Source: Octopus sinensis
Taxonomy: Eukaryota
Assembly (NCBI RefSeq): GCF_006345805.1
Contig: NC_043000.1
Coordinates: 26,970,001 to 27,034,000, forward strand
DNA: 64,000 nucleotides
Direction of reading: 5' to 3'
Positions 1 through 13,290 of this stretch are shown here, one piece after another. Position 1 is the first letter of the stretch, and each line of letters begins with the position of its first letter. Made by a program: the position numbers and the translations under genes. The notes under the pieces are model-generated. The model was given only the letters and a program-made list of their open reading frames with translations, had not been told where the DNA came from and ran no database searches.

Positions 1-1450
1 GGAAGTAAATCGGGCCGAGCCGGAAACATTATAGAACAAACATAAAGTTGTACAATAAGCTCTCAACACATAGAACTAAAAAACAGACTGTTGGACGTCC
101 ATGTAGAAAGATGCTCGAAATGTGTTATGAGTTCAATCATTATTAGAGGCAGATCAACATGAACAGGTGACGTCAGAAATCTCTCGAAGATCGGGATAAA
201 AGTCCATTCCACAACTTCTCTCAAGTAACTTTTGGGAGAGGCTGTGGAATCATTATACTATATATCTTCTTCCTACTAGGTTAGAGTCTTTGGTTCCACG
301 TCGAAATGTACTTTCCTTATATCTTTGCATGGCCATTGCCCAGATGAATTTTCTAGACAATTTTCCTTGGAGAAGACATTTAAAAAGTCACTTGCTTCTC
401 TTCCCAGGAGCATCGTCACCTTGTTGATATTCGTGTCAGTCATAAGTCATTTTATTCTCATAACTTCTCTCCTCGAACTGCTGGTTACTGTTATTCATTT
501 TCATCGTATCTTTTTCCTCTTCTGCATAATATTCAGTCCTTTATGTTTGGCTTTTTCATTCCACTTCTTCATTTTTTGAATTTGCAGATTATTATTTTCT
601 TTCCTTCTTCCTTACGCTTTCGTGACCTGGAGAATTTTGAGGAAGCAGAGTTTTATAAAATCTCGGTCGACACGTGGCGAGCGAGAAGATGGTAAGATGT
701 GCTGCCAGATAGAAGCATCTATTGATCAGTTACGGATGTATTGACCAATATTGCAGTAGAGGTCAGCATGGCAGCGGAAGATAGAAATATGTGATGCGAC
801 ATACGTCGCACTGGATCCCACAGCAAACGGTGTGTGAAAACAAATCCCTACAGCTCAGATCACAAGTACAAGCTACAACACCGACAGCAATGTGTAACCA
901 CAAAAAAATCAAGGACTGCAACAGTTGCAGTATCAAAATCAAATCTCAACCAACATCAGGATCCCAACGAATAATAGCAAATTCGTCTTCATCAGTAATA
1001 ACAGTATCATTCAGAATTGAAGCATTATAAACAACAAAAGAGGTAAAAGCAATAGCTGGAACCTCTATGGCAACAGCAACTACAACAGAATGGGCCATAG
1101 AATATTTCGTAGTATACCCCGTCGACAACAAAATACAAACATTATTTCATTCTGATGCGACATTTTATCTCTCATCTCCTCTTCATCAGAGTCAACATAT
1201 TCGGTATGTATGGATAACTCGAAAGCTGAAGTGTTTAATGGATTAGTATTTGTTCAAGGATATGAGAGAGTTTTTAATTAGCCTCAGGCTACCGGAAAAA
1301 CTGGGTTACTCACTTTACCGCCAGTTTGAGGTAAGTGACTGTTTTTATCCCAGGTCTTATCCCACTTTCATCCAATTAACCTACACAAAACGGGAGTAAG
1401 ATATATATGAACTGGAGTCGCATTGGAAACAATACTATTTGGTTAACAAT

Positions 1451-3136
1451 CTCAGGTCAATAAATATAGATGTAATAGGAACAAGAATTTCGTAGACGCA
1501 CACACTGGCATGAGCCTCCAACGATGCAAAGTACGTATAATTTTTTGTCAGTCTGAATTAGAAGGCGCAGTAACATTTGTTTCGGAAAGCTTAGATCAAG
1601 AGTTATGGAGATTGTTCCCGGGCCCGTATACTATGTCAGAAGTTCTGGACATGAGCAGAAGCGAAGATAGTACATTTGGATAAGGGACTATGTGACCCGA
1701 TATGACCAGTATGGCAGATTTCATCAGACATCTGGAAATACTTGGGGGAAGTTCCGCTCTTTAGTGCCAGTGAAAGTCCGGTGTTATGTAGATGCCATCT
1801 AGTACTGCGTGGGTGTATCTGGTATAAGAGTAGATGTGAAAGCCCGACAAACTTGCCCAAACTGTTCTAAATGTGTGAGAGCTATCGACCGAATTACTCA
1901 AGTGCGCTTCTGTCATGAAGCAACCGCATCATGTATCTAGATAGTATATTTCTAAGGTTATCGGACAGTGACAGCTTAAAATATCTTTAATCTCGAAGTG
2001 TGGCTCAACAGACCATAAATTCGCGACTTGTATGGTTAAATTAGATAGGATTAATAGAAAAAGAGACGGCTACTAGGTGTGGTCAGGAAACGCAGATATT
2101 CGCAGTCCAGTCCAGATCTATCCACAGTGACTATGAACGCATAGGATAACCTAACTTTGATGAACCTCAGATCACAATAGATCAATTGAAACCTTTCGCT
2201 AGCATCAATCATTGCTATTTGTCAGCTTTTCTGAAGGCGATCGGTTTCCGCCCAGTTAACAGACTGTAATGCACAGCGGTGTCGTCTCACTAGTCAAAGT
2301 AAATGGTGTTTTACCACACCATTTGAGACAATGAGCGCTCACTCTGTATATGACCCCCATTCTGCATTGATTGGTTCTTTAGCCATCTTTCTGCCACTGA
2401 AGTGTTTGAGGTGCACCCGTTTAACGTATGATGTAGGTGAGATAATTCCGTATATGCAGACGATTCACCACAATTTGTCGGACGGCGCAGATGTAGAGGT
2501 GGTCGGCACCATTCTAAGGAATATGAGGCCTTAATAGAGGCACAAATTAAGTCAGATATACAGGTGGGTTTGCAGCTTGGTGCCTGGAGAAGCAGGTCCA
2601 TTTTGTCTGACGGAGTCGTGGAGCACTGGACAGAGTGAAGCTGATTGGTTTGGGGTGTGTTTCAGTCTCAGAAAATGGAACGGGGTTGCTAGCAGCATGG
2701 TCAGACTCCCCAAAACATGGGCTGAAAAACCCATATGCCATCCATGAAATATCGAGAAGAGGTGTTGAAGGCATATATAAACGCTGTTATATATTATCAC
2801 GTGACCATCGTGATTTGTCTTAGTGTCCATCGGATCAGATTGAAGCAACTAATCTTCGGCTTCTTCTGGATGGAACGCTGTCAGTGTCATCTATCAAATG
2901 TGTCTGTTATAAAGACTAACTCGTTGCATTTCTTTGGCATGAAAGGACAGGCAAGTTTCTTTTTAGTGGTAGCTGTGAAGGGAACTGTGCGAAGGATAAG
3001 ACTGAAAAACTTGAAGAGAGACATAGACCTGTTTGGTTACACTCACATTAACTTTTCCCTGATTCACTCAGCAAGGCGTATGAGAATGGAAACAAAGGTA
3101 CTGTCTCCACTAAATTTCATGAAAGGAGAAATGTAA
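1451..3136 (+). mobile_element. Degraded, internally deleted Tx1/L1-clade LINE ORF2 (endonuclease, RT and C-terminal remnants)
   Basis: Manual translation gives LRSINIDVIG (EN start, ~1451), IDQLKPFASINHCYLSAFLKAIGF (~2177, like LDQSKAFDRVDH), SLVKVNG, YADD at 2453-2464, and VLKAYINAVIYYHVTIV...IFGFFW plus RMRMETKVLSP (ORF 2735-3136). Many stops and frameshifts. Confidence 0.75.
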
Positions 3137-3447
3137 ACGGGGCTTTTCGAACATATGTCTGGGGGATATGTGTGTGCAGAAAACACTAACACTTGAATGT
3201 CAGAACGATTTTGATTTTATGGAATTTCTTTGACTGCCTTCAAGCAATTACCACTGTTAACGAATCATTTCTCTGAGAATCTAGCATTTTCATATCAGAT
3301 TTAAACGCTTTATGTGAATACCACTCGGATATACCTTGTGTTTTTTGCTGCTCCTCTGTTCTTGGAATCCCTGTGGGAAAAAAAGAGTATTATTAATGCT
3401 ATTGTTGCTGATGATGATGTTTTCTTTCTGATTTTCATGTTTCTTAC

Positions 3448-3636
3448 CTTCGTAAGACATTTTTTGTTTCGGTCAATGGATACAATTTTTCGCGTTTTTC
3501 AAAAATTAGATTAGTATTAATGTCTTCGTGCACCGAGTATATCTTTTTAGTCAAAGGTGTGAGAATTTTCGTTTGCTTATTGTAATATTTATGGAAAAAA
3601 ATGGTTTCTAAAAATAACCTTCTTGGAGCCGACAAT
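3448..3636 (-). other. Candidate exon of a minus-strand gene (189 nt; possible start codon ATG TCT TAC GAA G = MSYE just before the donor)
   Basis: Minus strand reads ttttgtttag|ATTGTC...acaaaaaATGTCTTACGAAG|gtaagaa. The length is divisible by 3 and one frame is open. Product not recognised. Confidence 0.3.
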
Positions 3637-5050
3637 CTAAACAAAATGTCAAGCAGAAACCTTCTCCAGCGGAAGAAATAAATGCAACAAATAAAATAAA
3701 TACGTAAAAGGTTTTACATTGGTAACAAACATAAAACTGGAAAATATCATAAACGAAAATAGGAACATATAAAAAGCAAGATGATGTATCAGCTGTCTCT
3801 TATAAATACCAGTTTATATAAAAATTCTTGCAAAAAACAAAAGTATTATAGCGGCAACATGGTTTTATCCACGTTTGCAAACGTCGCATCAAACAGGAAA
3901 CAAATTGAGTTTGGTATTTTCCTCTTGGAAACCGAAGTTCGGCAGAACTTTATTACCAAAACTCTCTCTTTTATTTAAGAATTTTTTTTTCCAAAAAGTG
4001 GTAAAGAAAAACGTTGGTACACATGTTCGTCACTGAAATAGGAGTGGCCTTCTATGTACCCTCTAAAAATCTGTTGAAATAAGTTCTAGCCAAAGTATGA
4101 GCCAGTACTCATCCAGGCAACATGTGAAACATGTGTTACTCTGCCTGTGTTTCGGCATTGAAGCCGTAATCAAACAAAGGCCGTAATGAGGCTTGACTCA
4201 GACAACGGCCGCAATCAGACAAAGTAATGTGACAAAATGCAGTGATAAGAACCAAAACCACCCATACATTTACGGTTCAGTATATTTTTTAACGTAACAC
4301 CAGGACGAAATTTAAAGGCGCTGCCGAGGTCATAAACTCTTGGTTATTATCGTAGTTTTGGCACAATATTAATTGATTGCGAAAAAAGTAGTGACGAGGC
4401 CCGATATGCGGTAGTTGCCAGAGTGGACTGGAGAAACTGAATGATCATGCAAAGCCACAAAAGTCACAAAAGCTACAAAAACCGCCAAAAAAAGTTTTAA
4501 AAAAAATTTCCCGAAGCGTGCGCATTCGTCGGCGCAAGAATCGAACACTGATAGTAACGATTAAAAGTAGAGGCCCTAATATTTTATGCTTATAGTCGCA
4601 AGACCCATCTGAGGGCTCCCTGCAACCGAGGCGTTAAAAGGACGACAAAAAAGTTTAGGGCGGTTCAGAAGATTTCTAGGGTCGGTTCCTTCCGCTATTC
4701 AAATGTTTACTCTCTAAATATGTGGAATTTTGACTATCGTAGTTGCGTGCAATCATTATTTTCATGAAAGATAAAAAGTATGCTAGGTTCATACTAATTC
4801 TCTGAGGTTATTTGTTATCATTTCTCAATACACAAAGTTCAAATCTAAAGGAAGTTCTGTTGTCCCTTCTGCCCAGTTTAATGGCCGATAAATTAACAAA
4901 TAATATACCTGCAATTGTTAATTGTCTATATCCGTTCTCTCCACATTTAGGCCATGTGCAAATAACGAAAATATTAATATCACACCCAAACTAGAAGTAG
5001 GTTTTGACTAACACATTCCACAACACATTAATTACGATGTTATATTTTAC

Positions 5051-5061
5051 AATATATGTAA

Positions 5062-5107
<46 letters not shown>

Positions 5108-5248
5108 TGTGTGGGTGCATGTGTGTGTAATTTATGTATGTATGTAAGCATATATATAATTATATATATATGTGTAAATATATAATTATATATGTGTGTA
5201 TATTTATATATACATACACACACATATATATATGTATACATATTACAT

Positions 5249-5282
<34 letters not shown>

Positions 5283-5370
5283 GCATACATACATACACAC
5301 ATACATATATGCATACACACACATACATATATGCATACACACACACAGACACATATATATGTATATGTAT
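5051..5370. repeat. Compound (TA)n/(CA)n/(TACA)n microsatellite
   Basis: Directly visible. Confidence 0.95.
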
Positions 5371-5939
5371 AAACGCACACAATAACCATGTCTATATTAG
5401 ATAAATAACTAAATAGACGTTTAGAAAGTGAGGTTGGTATTAAAACAAAATAGCAGCCGATATGAATATTATAACAATAAGAGATTGAGTGTCTAAAACA
5501 ACAATAACTGGTCGCAGTAGAGGGACAGAGGCTGTGAAACAAAAACGGAATAAATATGAACCAAAATAATAAATACATAAAATCCGCAGAGAACACAACT
5601 CATTATTAAGCAGACGCGGCGATAATATGGCAGCTGGTAGAATGAGAAGGAAAATATTAGAATAAATATAATAAATTGTAGGAAGAAAAGCTGGATAAAA
5701 ACAAAGGAGAATATACGCCAAATATTATAACAAAGGAAAGATAAAAATGAAAAATATTAACAAAGAAATTTAATATATCATTAGATTGGAGGAGCAGAGA
5801 AAGAGAGGAAAGAATAAAAAAGTAAGAAAGAAAGGATGAATTATTAAACCGAAGAGATATGAATGTCGAACGAACAAGCTAGAAATGAGAGAATGCTTGC
5901 GAAAATAGTAGGTGCCAGTCAGGCGGCAAGGAACTGGAA

Positions 5940-6000
5940 TGTTTGCGCGTCATTTCCTCACAGTTTCGTCACGTCACGACGTCTGGATATTTCGGTATCG
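5940..6000. promoter_or_regulatory. CpG-rich cluster of CRE-like motifs, candidate promoter/enhancer
   Basis: CGTCA half-sites at ~5948, 5967 and 5972 and GACGTC at 5978-5983, in locally CpG-rich non-repeat sequence next to a (GGT)n tract. Confidence 0.3.
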
Positions 6001-6035
6001 ATTAAATGGACGGTTTCATAAACTAAGCCAGCTGG

Positions 6036-6082
6036 GTAGTGGTGGTGGTGGTGGTGGTGGTGGTGGTGGTAGTAGTGGTGGA
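6036..6082. repeat. (GGT)n microsatellite
   Basis: Directly visible. Confidence 0.95.
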
Positions 6083-7351
6083 TTGTTGGCGAAGAGAGAG
6101 GGGAGGAGGGAATGTTTGTGGCGTTTGTGGTGGTTGTGATGATGTTTTTGCGGTGGCAGAGGTGATTGCAATGGCGATACATGACATATGCTACTTAATG
6201 CATATCCTCTGTTCACTGACACTGACAAATTTTCTAAGTCTACAACATTGAATTAAATGGATTTATCTGTTTTAGATGTCAGTGAAGTTAAACGTTAGAT
6301 TTCGTGGTGGGACATAATGAACAACTGACTATATCATGTCTATGCCTTTATCTTGATGAATATTCCTCTATTAAATCAGTCTAAAAGAAAACATCTAATA
6401 AAACACACACAACAAAAGCGAAACCTGTTTGAAGACATCTACGTCTGATAAGGAACACTAACAACGGTAATTTATTCAATTTAGATTTATTTAAAATTTT
6501 CTCGTCTAATATTTGTTTTCGTTCTTTGAATTCATTTTCATGAAAGGGTGTCGCCGTAATTTTCCTCTGACAGCAAGTAAATCCAGGTTTCTAATCTCTT
6601 GCTGAAGTTATCTGCTAAAATGTGATAATTTATTTGTTCTCCGATTGAGATGCAGATAATGTAAGTACATAGACGTTCACTTAGAAACAACGTAATTCTG
6701 TATATTAAACAAAGTTTTAGATTTTTTTCGAAAATTTTTATATAACATTGATTTGCAGGAAGAATCTATCAAAACATTCCAACATCTATTGGTTCCTACC
6801 ACATCATAAACCTGGTTGTGGATTTCTGATGTAAGGCAAGAAATTAATCCTCTACCAAGCAATGCCTCAATATATCGGCTACAGCAAGGGTTGCCTCAGT
6901 TTTACGACTTAAATTTGTGAGATCTACTTAAGAGAATGTTCGCATTTCCTATATCGAAACATACAGCACGGAGTGAAGAATGTCATATATTTTTTGTGTG
7001 GGTCCTATGCAGTGTTTTCGAAGATAATTGAACGCACTATTTACATTATAATAAGGCAGTAAGTTAACAGTAATTCATAGAGCATAGTAAAAAATGCCTT
7101 GCAGTATTTTCCCCCTCTCTGTAGGTTCTGTCATCAAATCAGAAGTCAATATTACCATTTATTCCTCTGGAGTGGATGAAAAAAGTGCCATTAAAGATCA
7201 GCGTGAATGGTATCGACTCCGTTTCTGGTCTTGTGCCTATATCAGGAACAATTTCTATTCCATTCTATTGATGTTTTACACATGAAATAATAATTGTGTC
7301 TAAGTTGACTTGAAGAGTAGCAATCTTAGATGAAGGTGAGGGTATGTGATA

Positions 7352-7741
7352 CCAGCTCCAGTAATAGACTGGTATTTTAATTCAATGAGAGCGAAAGAAT
7401 GCAAGGCAAGGTTAGACACGACGGGATTTGAACTCTGAATGCAAGGTAGTTGAAGCAATTACCGCATAGAACTTTGTCTGAATCGCCAACGAATCGACCA
7501 GCTTGTCTTTATAGTATAACATAAATAATGGGTTCAAACTTTGCCACAAAGGCAGCAATTTTTGGGGAGCAGATGGGTCAATTATATCGACCTCAGTACA
7601 CAACTGGTATTTATTTTATCGACCCTTAAAGGATAAAAGGTAAGGTCGACCTCGGCGGAATTTGAACTCTGAACGTAACGGCAGACGAGATAACGTTAAG
7701 CATTTCGCCCGACGTGCTAACGATTCTGCCAGCTTGCCGAC
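7352..7741 (-). mobile_element. Two Nin-domain-like tRNA-derived SINE copies (one degenerate ~7352-7508, one better preserved 7525-7741)
   Basis: Reverse complement of ggcggcgagctggcagaa...ttctgagttcaaattccgccgaggtcgac...catcctttcggggtcgataaa. Confidence 0.85.
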
Positions 7742-7995
7742 TTATTATAGCAAAAAAACAACTGATTGTAATTTAAGCACAAAAACAGAAATTTTCAGTG
7801 GGAGTGAGCTGAGTCGTTTATATCGACTCCAGTACTTTACTGGTACACTAGGTAATGGACACGAAACGAATGAAAGCCAAAGTTGAACTTGAAGGAATAT
7901 CAGTTCAGTTGGTGAAAAGACTGGCATTTTATCCGATGTTCAAAAGGTCCTGCCAATCCTCTACCTTAATATTAATATTGTTTTATTACAGTTCA

Positions 7996-8212
7996 GGGCG
8001 TCAAGCTGGCAGAATCGTTAGCAATCCGAGGGAAATGCTTAGCGGTATTTCGTCTGTCTTTATGTTCTGAGTTCAAATTTCGCCGAGGTCAAATTTGCCT
8101 TTCCTCCATTCGGGGTCGATAAATTAAGTAACAGTTGTGTACTGGGGTCGATCTAATCGACTGGCTCCCTTCCCCAAAATTTCGGGCCTTGTACCTGGGG
8201 TAGAAAAGAATA
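7996..8212 (+). mobile_element. Nin-domain-like SINE
   Basis: Head agctggcagaatcgttagc, B-box-like gagttcaaattt, core ttcggggtcgataaattaagta. Confidence 0.9.
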
Positions 8213-8224
8213 TATATTCATACC

Positions 8225-8610
8225 AAAGCGGTGAACTGGCACAATCGTTAACAAGCTGGGCGAAATCCTTAGCAGTACGTTAGCAATCCTCTGCCGCTAT
8301 GTTCCGAGTTCACATTCCGCCGAAGTCAACTTTGCCTTTCACCCTTTCGGGGTCGATTAAATAAGTACCAGTTACGCACTGAGGTCGATGTAATCGACTT
8401 AATCCGTTTGTCTGTCCTTGTTTATCCCCTCTATGTTTAGCCCCTTGTGGGTATTAAAGAAATAGGTATTTCGTCTGCCGTTACGTTCTGAGCTCAATTT
8501 CTGCCCAGTCGTTAAATTAGTATCAGTTATGCAGTGGGGTCGATGTAATCAACTTAATCCCTTACCCCCAAATTTGAGGCCTTGTGCCTCCAGTAGAAAG
8601 GATTATATTA
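8225..8610 (+). mobile_element. Nin-domain-like SINE with partial tandem second unit
   Basis: Same family; the body restarts at ggtatttcgtctgccgttacgttctgag (~8466). Confidence 0.85.
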
Positions 8611-8849
8611 CTACAGTTGTAATAATTTTATTCTTTCTCGACGATATATTTAATGGCAATGTTGTTCCTCTGTTCTTATCTCCCTATGGCCAACTATTCA
8701 TAACATCAACTTCTACACTATATTATTTAGATAAATTGGTACCTGTCTTTAGTCTAAAAGTAACGGATAAGATGAACAGTTAACTGGGCAACGAGAAGAC
8801 ATTTGAAGTAAATATTAAACATTCATTTTAAGTAGTATTATGGTTCGTT

Positions 8850-9800
8850 CATGTCTTTTTGTTTAATTCGCCTAGGCATAAATTCATCACATGGACCACC
8901 TGCTGAGTTTTCTTGTGCTTTAACTTATTCAATATCTTCTTCAAATCAACAGAATTTAATGTCACAAAGCATTCTGTCTAGGGAGTTGTTCATGTTGTCT
9001 TCCTGTAATCGGTTGGGTATAGGGTCATTAACCCACCGGACAAAATAATTAAGAACATTTCGTTCGTCTCTTAGTTCAAATTCCACCGAGGTTGACTTTG
9101 CATCTCATCCTTTTAGGATCGATGAAATAAGTATCAGTTGACACTGGAGTCGATGTAATTAATTACGTCTCACCCCTAGAAAATTCCAGGCCTTGTTCCT
9201 CTAGAATAAAGGATTATTTTTGGTGCCCTCGCTGTTCAGTTTCTGGCGAGTCGCTATTGAGTAAACTAACTATGTAAATCATTCTAGTCTTGATGAGTAT
9301 AGTCTACCCTGGGATAAATTCTTTAATGGGTATCTTATAAAATGGTAAATTGTGATCTGTAAGAAATTTAATTACTTTTTTAGCCCTCAAAGAATAATAG
9401 AGTTCCCTATTTGTACTTTCAATGAGCGTGGTGAAAATGTGTAGTAAACCGACTCGGAATCGTATTGGATTTGCCAAGATACTTGATAAGAACTGGTGTG
9501 TTGAGACAGATTTTGTTGCATCTCGGGAGGGTAGATATGGCAATAATAAAGACAATTTGGTTCCATTTCACATTTTCAATTTTATTTGTCAATTGGTGTA
9601 AAGGTGTAACTTATAACAAATGCGTGTATTCATTATTGGCACATTCGCCTACCCCGAGATACAACGCTAAATCTATTACCATTACAGTAACAACATTTCT
9701 CAAAAAAGTTAGCACAGATTTTGAGAATATACTCTCTGAAGCTGAGGTATTAGTAAACGTGGGTATCTCAATATTATATGTGACAACCACAGGGAACAAT
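8850..9800 (-). mobile_element. Highly degraded LINE endonuclease/RT remnant, interrupted by a truncated SINE (9037-9217, +)
   Basis: Weak translated similarity: CHIYPP, LIKYLG, IKFLTDHNL, LKKILNKLKHKK. Confidence 0.3.
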
Positions 9801-10294
9801 CATAATGATTTAATCCTACATCATCAATATTTGTTGGAACTAAGCGCCCAACATATGTAAATAACTGACCCTGAATAGAGAGGTGGAAGAAAAATTATTT
9901 TGCTATGCTGGTATATCCTGTCACTGCTAGGTAACAAGTCAAATTTAGAAAATTACTATAGTTCTTGTAACATAGAAATGAGATGTTAGCAATGTAGTCT
10001 ATTTTTCGAAACAATACACCAGAATTCTAGCATTTGTTCCTTGAATATAAACTTCGAAGCACAACAAAGCATTCAAGATGCTGTACATTTTCTTGGTAAG
10101 ACAAACCAGCATCTCAGTGAGGAGAATATAGAAATAAAAAGGAACTCTGGTATTCATAGCAGTCTTCATTTGTCATAGAAAATGCCAATGCAAATATCCT
10201 ATAGAAGTTTAGTATTCAAAGAGAACATCGATGAACAGACACTAAATCTAACGCCATTTTCTATGAATTAAAAGGAAAATATATTAAATAAAGG

Positions 10295-10837
10295 TGATGG
10301 AAAAGGGGGCGATCCCGGAGTATGTTAACAATAGTAAAGAATCACTGAATGGTCGACAATGCATATTCCACAAGCAACTAGCATAATAATAATCTTAAAT
10401 GTATAATGCTACTCGCTTTCATACAAATCATAAAGTTCTCTATTCGGTTCCAGATAGATTTCGGTTTAGTGACATTTAGTCTAACCGGTAGTGCATATGT
10501 AGCCCAGTCAAGTACTATGTGTGTCCTGCAGAACCACCCAAACAGTCGCCAATGGCCTTGTTGCGATTTCTTACCCAGTTTATCATTGACATGAGACAGA
10601 TCACGTCGACTATTCAGTGATTCTTTACTATTGTTATGGTACTCTGGGATCGCCCCATTTTCTATCATTTAAGTATTTATGACTTTCCTCATGAAACCGC
10701 ACCAAGACCTTTGGCGAATGCTTGGCTGGTTCTGCAGGACATACATAGAACTTCCCTTGTGCACCAACGATTAGATTAAATGTCAGTAAACCGAAATCTA
10801 TCTAGAATCAAACGGAGAACTTTATGATCTGTATGAA
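10295..10837. repeat. Interleaved inverted repeats: a minus-strand copy (10418-10667) nested within a plus-strand copy of the same unknown repeat
   Basis: 10295-10357 pairs with 10605-10667; 10418-10570 pairs with 10693-10837; imperfect identity. Confidence 0.8.
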
Positions 10838-10952
10838 ATATTAAATAAAAGAAAATAGAAAACAAGTCGGCGAGTTGATAGAATGGTTTGAGCATTGGAT
10901 AACATGATCAGCAATATTTGTTTCTGTTCTTTCTGCAGTCTGAGATAGGTTT

Positions 10953-11189
10953 ACCTATTTCTTTACTACCCACAAGGGTCTAAACACAGAGGGGACAAAC
11001 TAGGACAGACAAATGGATTAAGTCGATTATATCGACCCCAGTGCGTAACTGATGCTTATTTAATCGACCCCAAAAGGAAAAAAGGCAAAGTCGACCTCGG
11101 CGGAATTTGAACACAGAGCGTAACGGCAGACGAAATACCGCTAAGCATTTCGCCCGGCGTGTTAACGATGCTGCCAGCTCGCCACCTTA
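10953..11189 (-). mobile_element. Nin-domain-like SINE, full length, ~13-bp TSD
   Basis: Family match; flanks tctgagataggtt / tctgagacaggtt. Confidence 0.9.
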
Positions 11190-11498
11190 TCTGAGACAGG
11201 TTCACTTTTCAGCTGTTTGCGAGTTGATAACATATTAGTACTGTACTGCGTTGATTCCTTAATTTTTTGTAAGATAAGATCTTTTGTTCAAGAGATTCAA
11301 ACTTGTCATACTGGTTCTCATTTTATTCTTCCTGCAAGATACCTTGAAGATTCAAATTTCTGTGGAGTGCTCATGTACTTGCATGTCACTTTGAAGAGCC
11401 TGAATTCATTTGATAGAAAATGGATTCATTAGGACAGACAGGTAGTCTACCGAAATGAATACAACATTAATAGAGGCAACCGAGGTAAGTACAGCTCA

Positions 11499-11790
11499 GG
11501 GTGGCGACCTGGGCGATTCGTTAGCAAGCCGAAGGAAATCCTTAGCAGTATTTCGTCCGTCTTTAGGTTCTGAGTTCAAATTCCTCCGAGGTCGACTTGT
11601 CATTTCATCCTTTCGGGGTCGATAAATTAAATACCAGTTGCGTACTGGGGTCGATCTAATCGACTGGTCCTCTCCGCAAAAAATTTCGGACCTTGTGCCT
11701 GGGGTAGAAAAGAATATCTATGCATACCAAGGCAGCGAGCTGGCAGAATCGTCAGCACGCCGTGAGTGATGCTTTGCGTTTTTCCGTCTG
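11499..11790 (+). mobile_element. Nin-domain-like SINE followed by a second truncated head
   Basis: catcctttcggggtcgataaattaaatacc core; second head gcgagctggcagaatcg at ~11730. Confidence 0.85.
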
Positions 11791-12169
11791 TGTGTGTTGA
11801 ATGGTTCAGGGTTGTGTTTGTTTTGGAGTTTGCTGTTCGCAGCGGTGGTGTTTTTTGAGAAATGGCAAGGAAGAACACGTATTCTTACCTTAGTAATTCG
11901 GACCTGTCGACTTCGGAGGAGGAACTAGCGAGAGCGGTCAACAGACTGGATAAGACGTTAGAAGGAAGAAGGCGTACTCAAGTACTTGCATATCACTTTG
12001 AAGAGCTTGAATTCATTTGTTAAAGAAAACAGACTCATTAGGACAAACAGGTGGTCCAGCGAAATGAATACTACATTAATAGAGGCAGGCGAGGAATTAT
12101 ATTCGTAATTTACTAGTGTCACGAACGACGATGCAACTTTCGTTACCATTACCGTGGTTTCTACTTGTA

Positions 12170-13290
12170 GGTAATAATGGTTATCAAAAAAAAATGCAGG
12201 TGCTTTCTAGTACAAATCATAATCCTTCAAGTGCGAATCTTTCCTCAATTCTTTGCGTGGATTTGTCTATACAAAAATATATCGTTCTAATCATAATCCG
12301 TGGGGTTGACGCTAAAACAAGCCAGGGTTGTCTCTTTATTTACTCTTTCTGGAACACGGTTTAAAATGTTCATGTCATCTATGATGAAGGAATCCATTTT
12401 GCAATGCTTGCAAAATTATGTCAAGCAAATTGTCTAATTACTGCGTGCTAGATGTTGGCTCTGCAACAATTGGGCAAATTTTAGATCAGTGGCCCCTTGA
12501 GTTTTCAAATTGGTGTGTGAAGGTCCTTGAAACTGTTATCAATTTCTTTAGATTTATGGAATTTTGGAACTTCATGAAATTTACTTGTTCTTACTCCAAA
12601 ATTAGAGAAGTAATTCAAATTCTTTTTTCATTAAGTCGTTTCTTAATGTGTCCGATATTTTACCAATTTACTCATTGTTTATCTATCTCCATGGGTTTCT
12701 AGATTTTTTTAAAAAGCCTTTTTTTTTTTTTGCTAAACACTTCATTTCATATTGATCCAGTTCACTTAGGTGGAATAAATGAGTAATCCTGCGACGGATC
12801 GACGACCCATCCCGGTGGGGTCTATACAAATATACACGCCATGGAAACCGGAAAACGACACAATCGGTCCATATGGGTTGGGAAAGAACTTTACTTTTTC
12901 CCAGATTCTTCTAATCCGCTTCATTCTGCAAATGAATTTCATTCCTTAAATATATCCTTTATATTTGAATGTTCCGTTGTTATTGCTATCACACTGGTCA
13001 TATTCGAAGTTTCCCTAATGTTTGTAGCGTTTTTTAATGCCAACAAATTCCTACTTTACATCTGGAACTACGGATCGTTTTTTACCATTTCTCGAAATGG
13101 TTATCTGAGTCATATTTCTATGTGAGATTCATCAATTTTTTTTTTCGAAAAATTCCTAAAAATTCTTAAACATAAGTTTATATTCACAGATGGTTTTGAT
13201 CTTCTCAGTATCCTTGTAAACTTTAAATATTTAAAAGCTTTGGCAGTAATACTTAATAGAGTCAAAATATTTATGGAAATATTTTCTTGA
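12170..13290 (-). mobile_element. Degraded Penelope-like element, N-terminal RT region
   Basis: Minus-strand translation KICPIVAEPTSSTQ*LDNLLDIILQAL resembles the PLE motif RPIVAGP..T.RLSNLLDILL; many stops. Confidence 0.6.

Noticed and set aside
960-1200. Minus-strand CTGATGA motifs (~987 and ~1188)
   Set aside because: A stem II-like hairpin follows one of them, but GAAA is missing.
1-1450. Coding-like GC-richer sequence (possible ORF1 or PLE remnant)
   Set aside because: Only weak motif hints (FDVE-like on minus); the family cannot be assigned.
10378-10668. 96-aa ORF as a gene
   Set aside because: It lies in a locally duplicated, diverged repeat whose other copy is disrupted.
11888-11945. 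Minus-strand exon candidate (ctaac..ccag| ... aag|gtaaga)
   Set aside because: It lies in probable retroelement-derived sequence, with no supporting homology.
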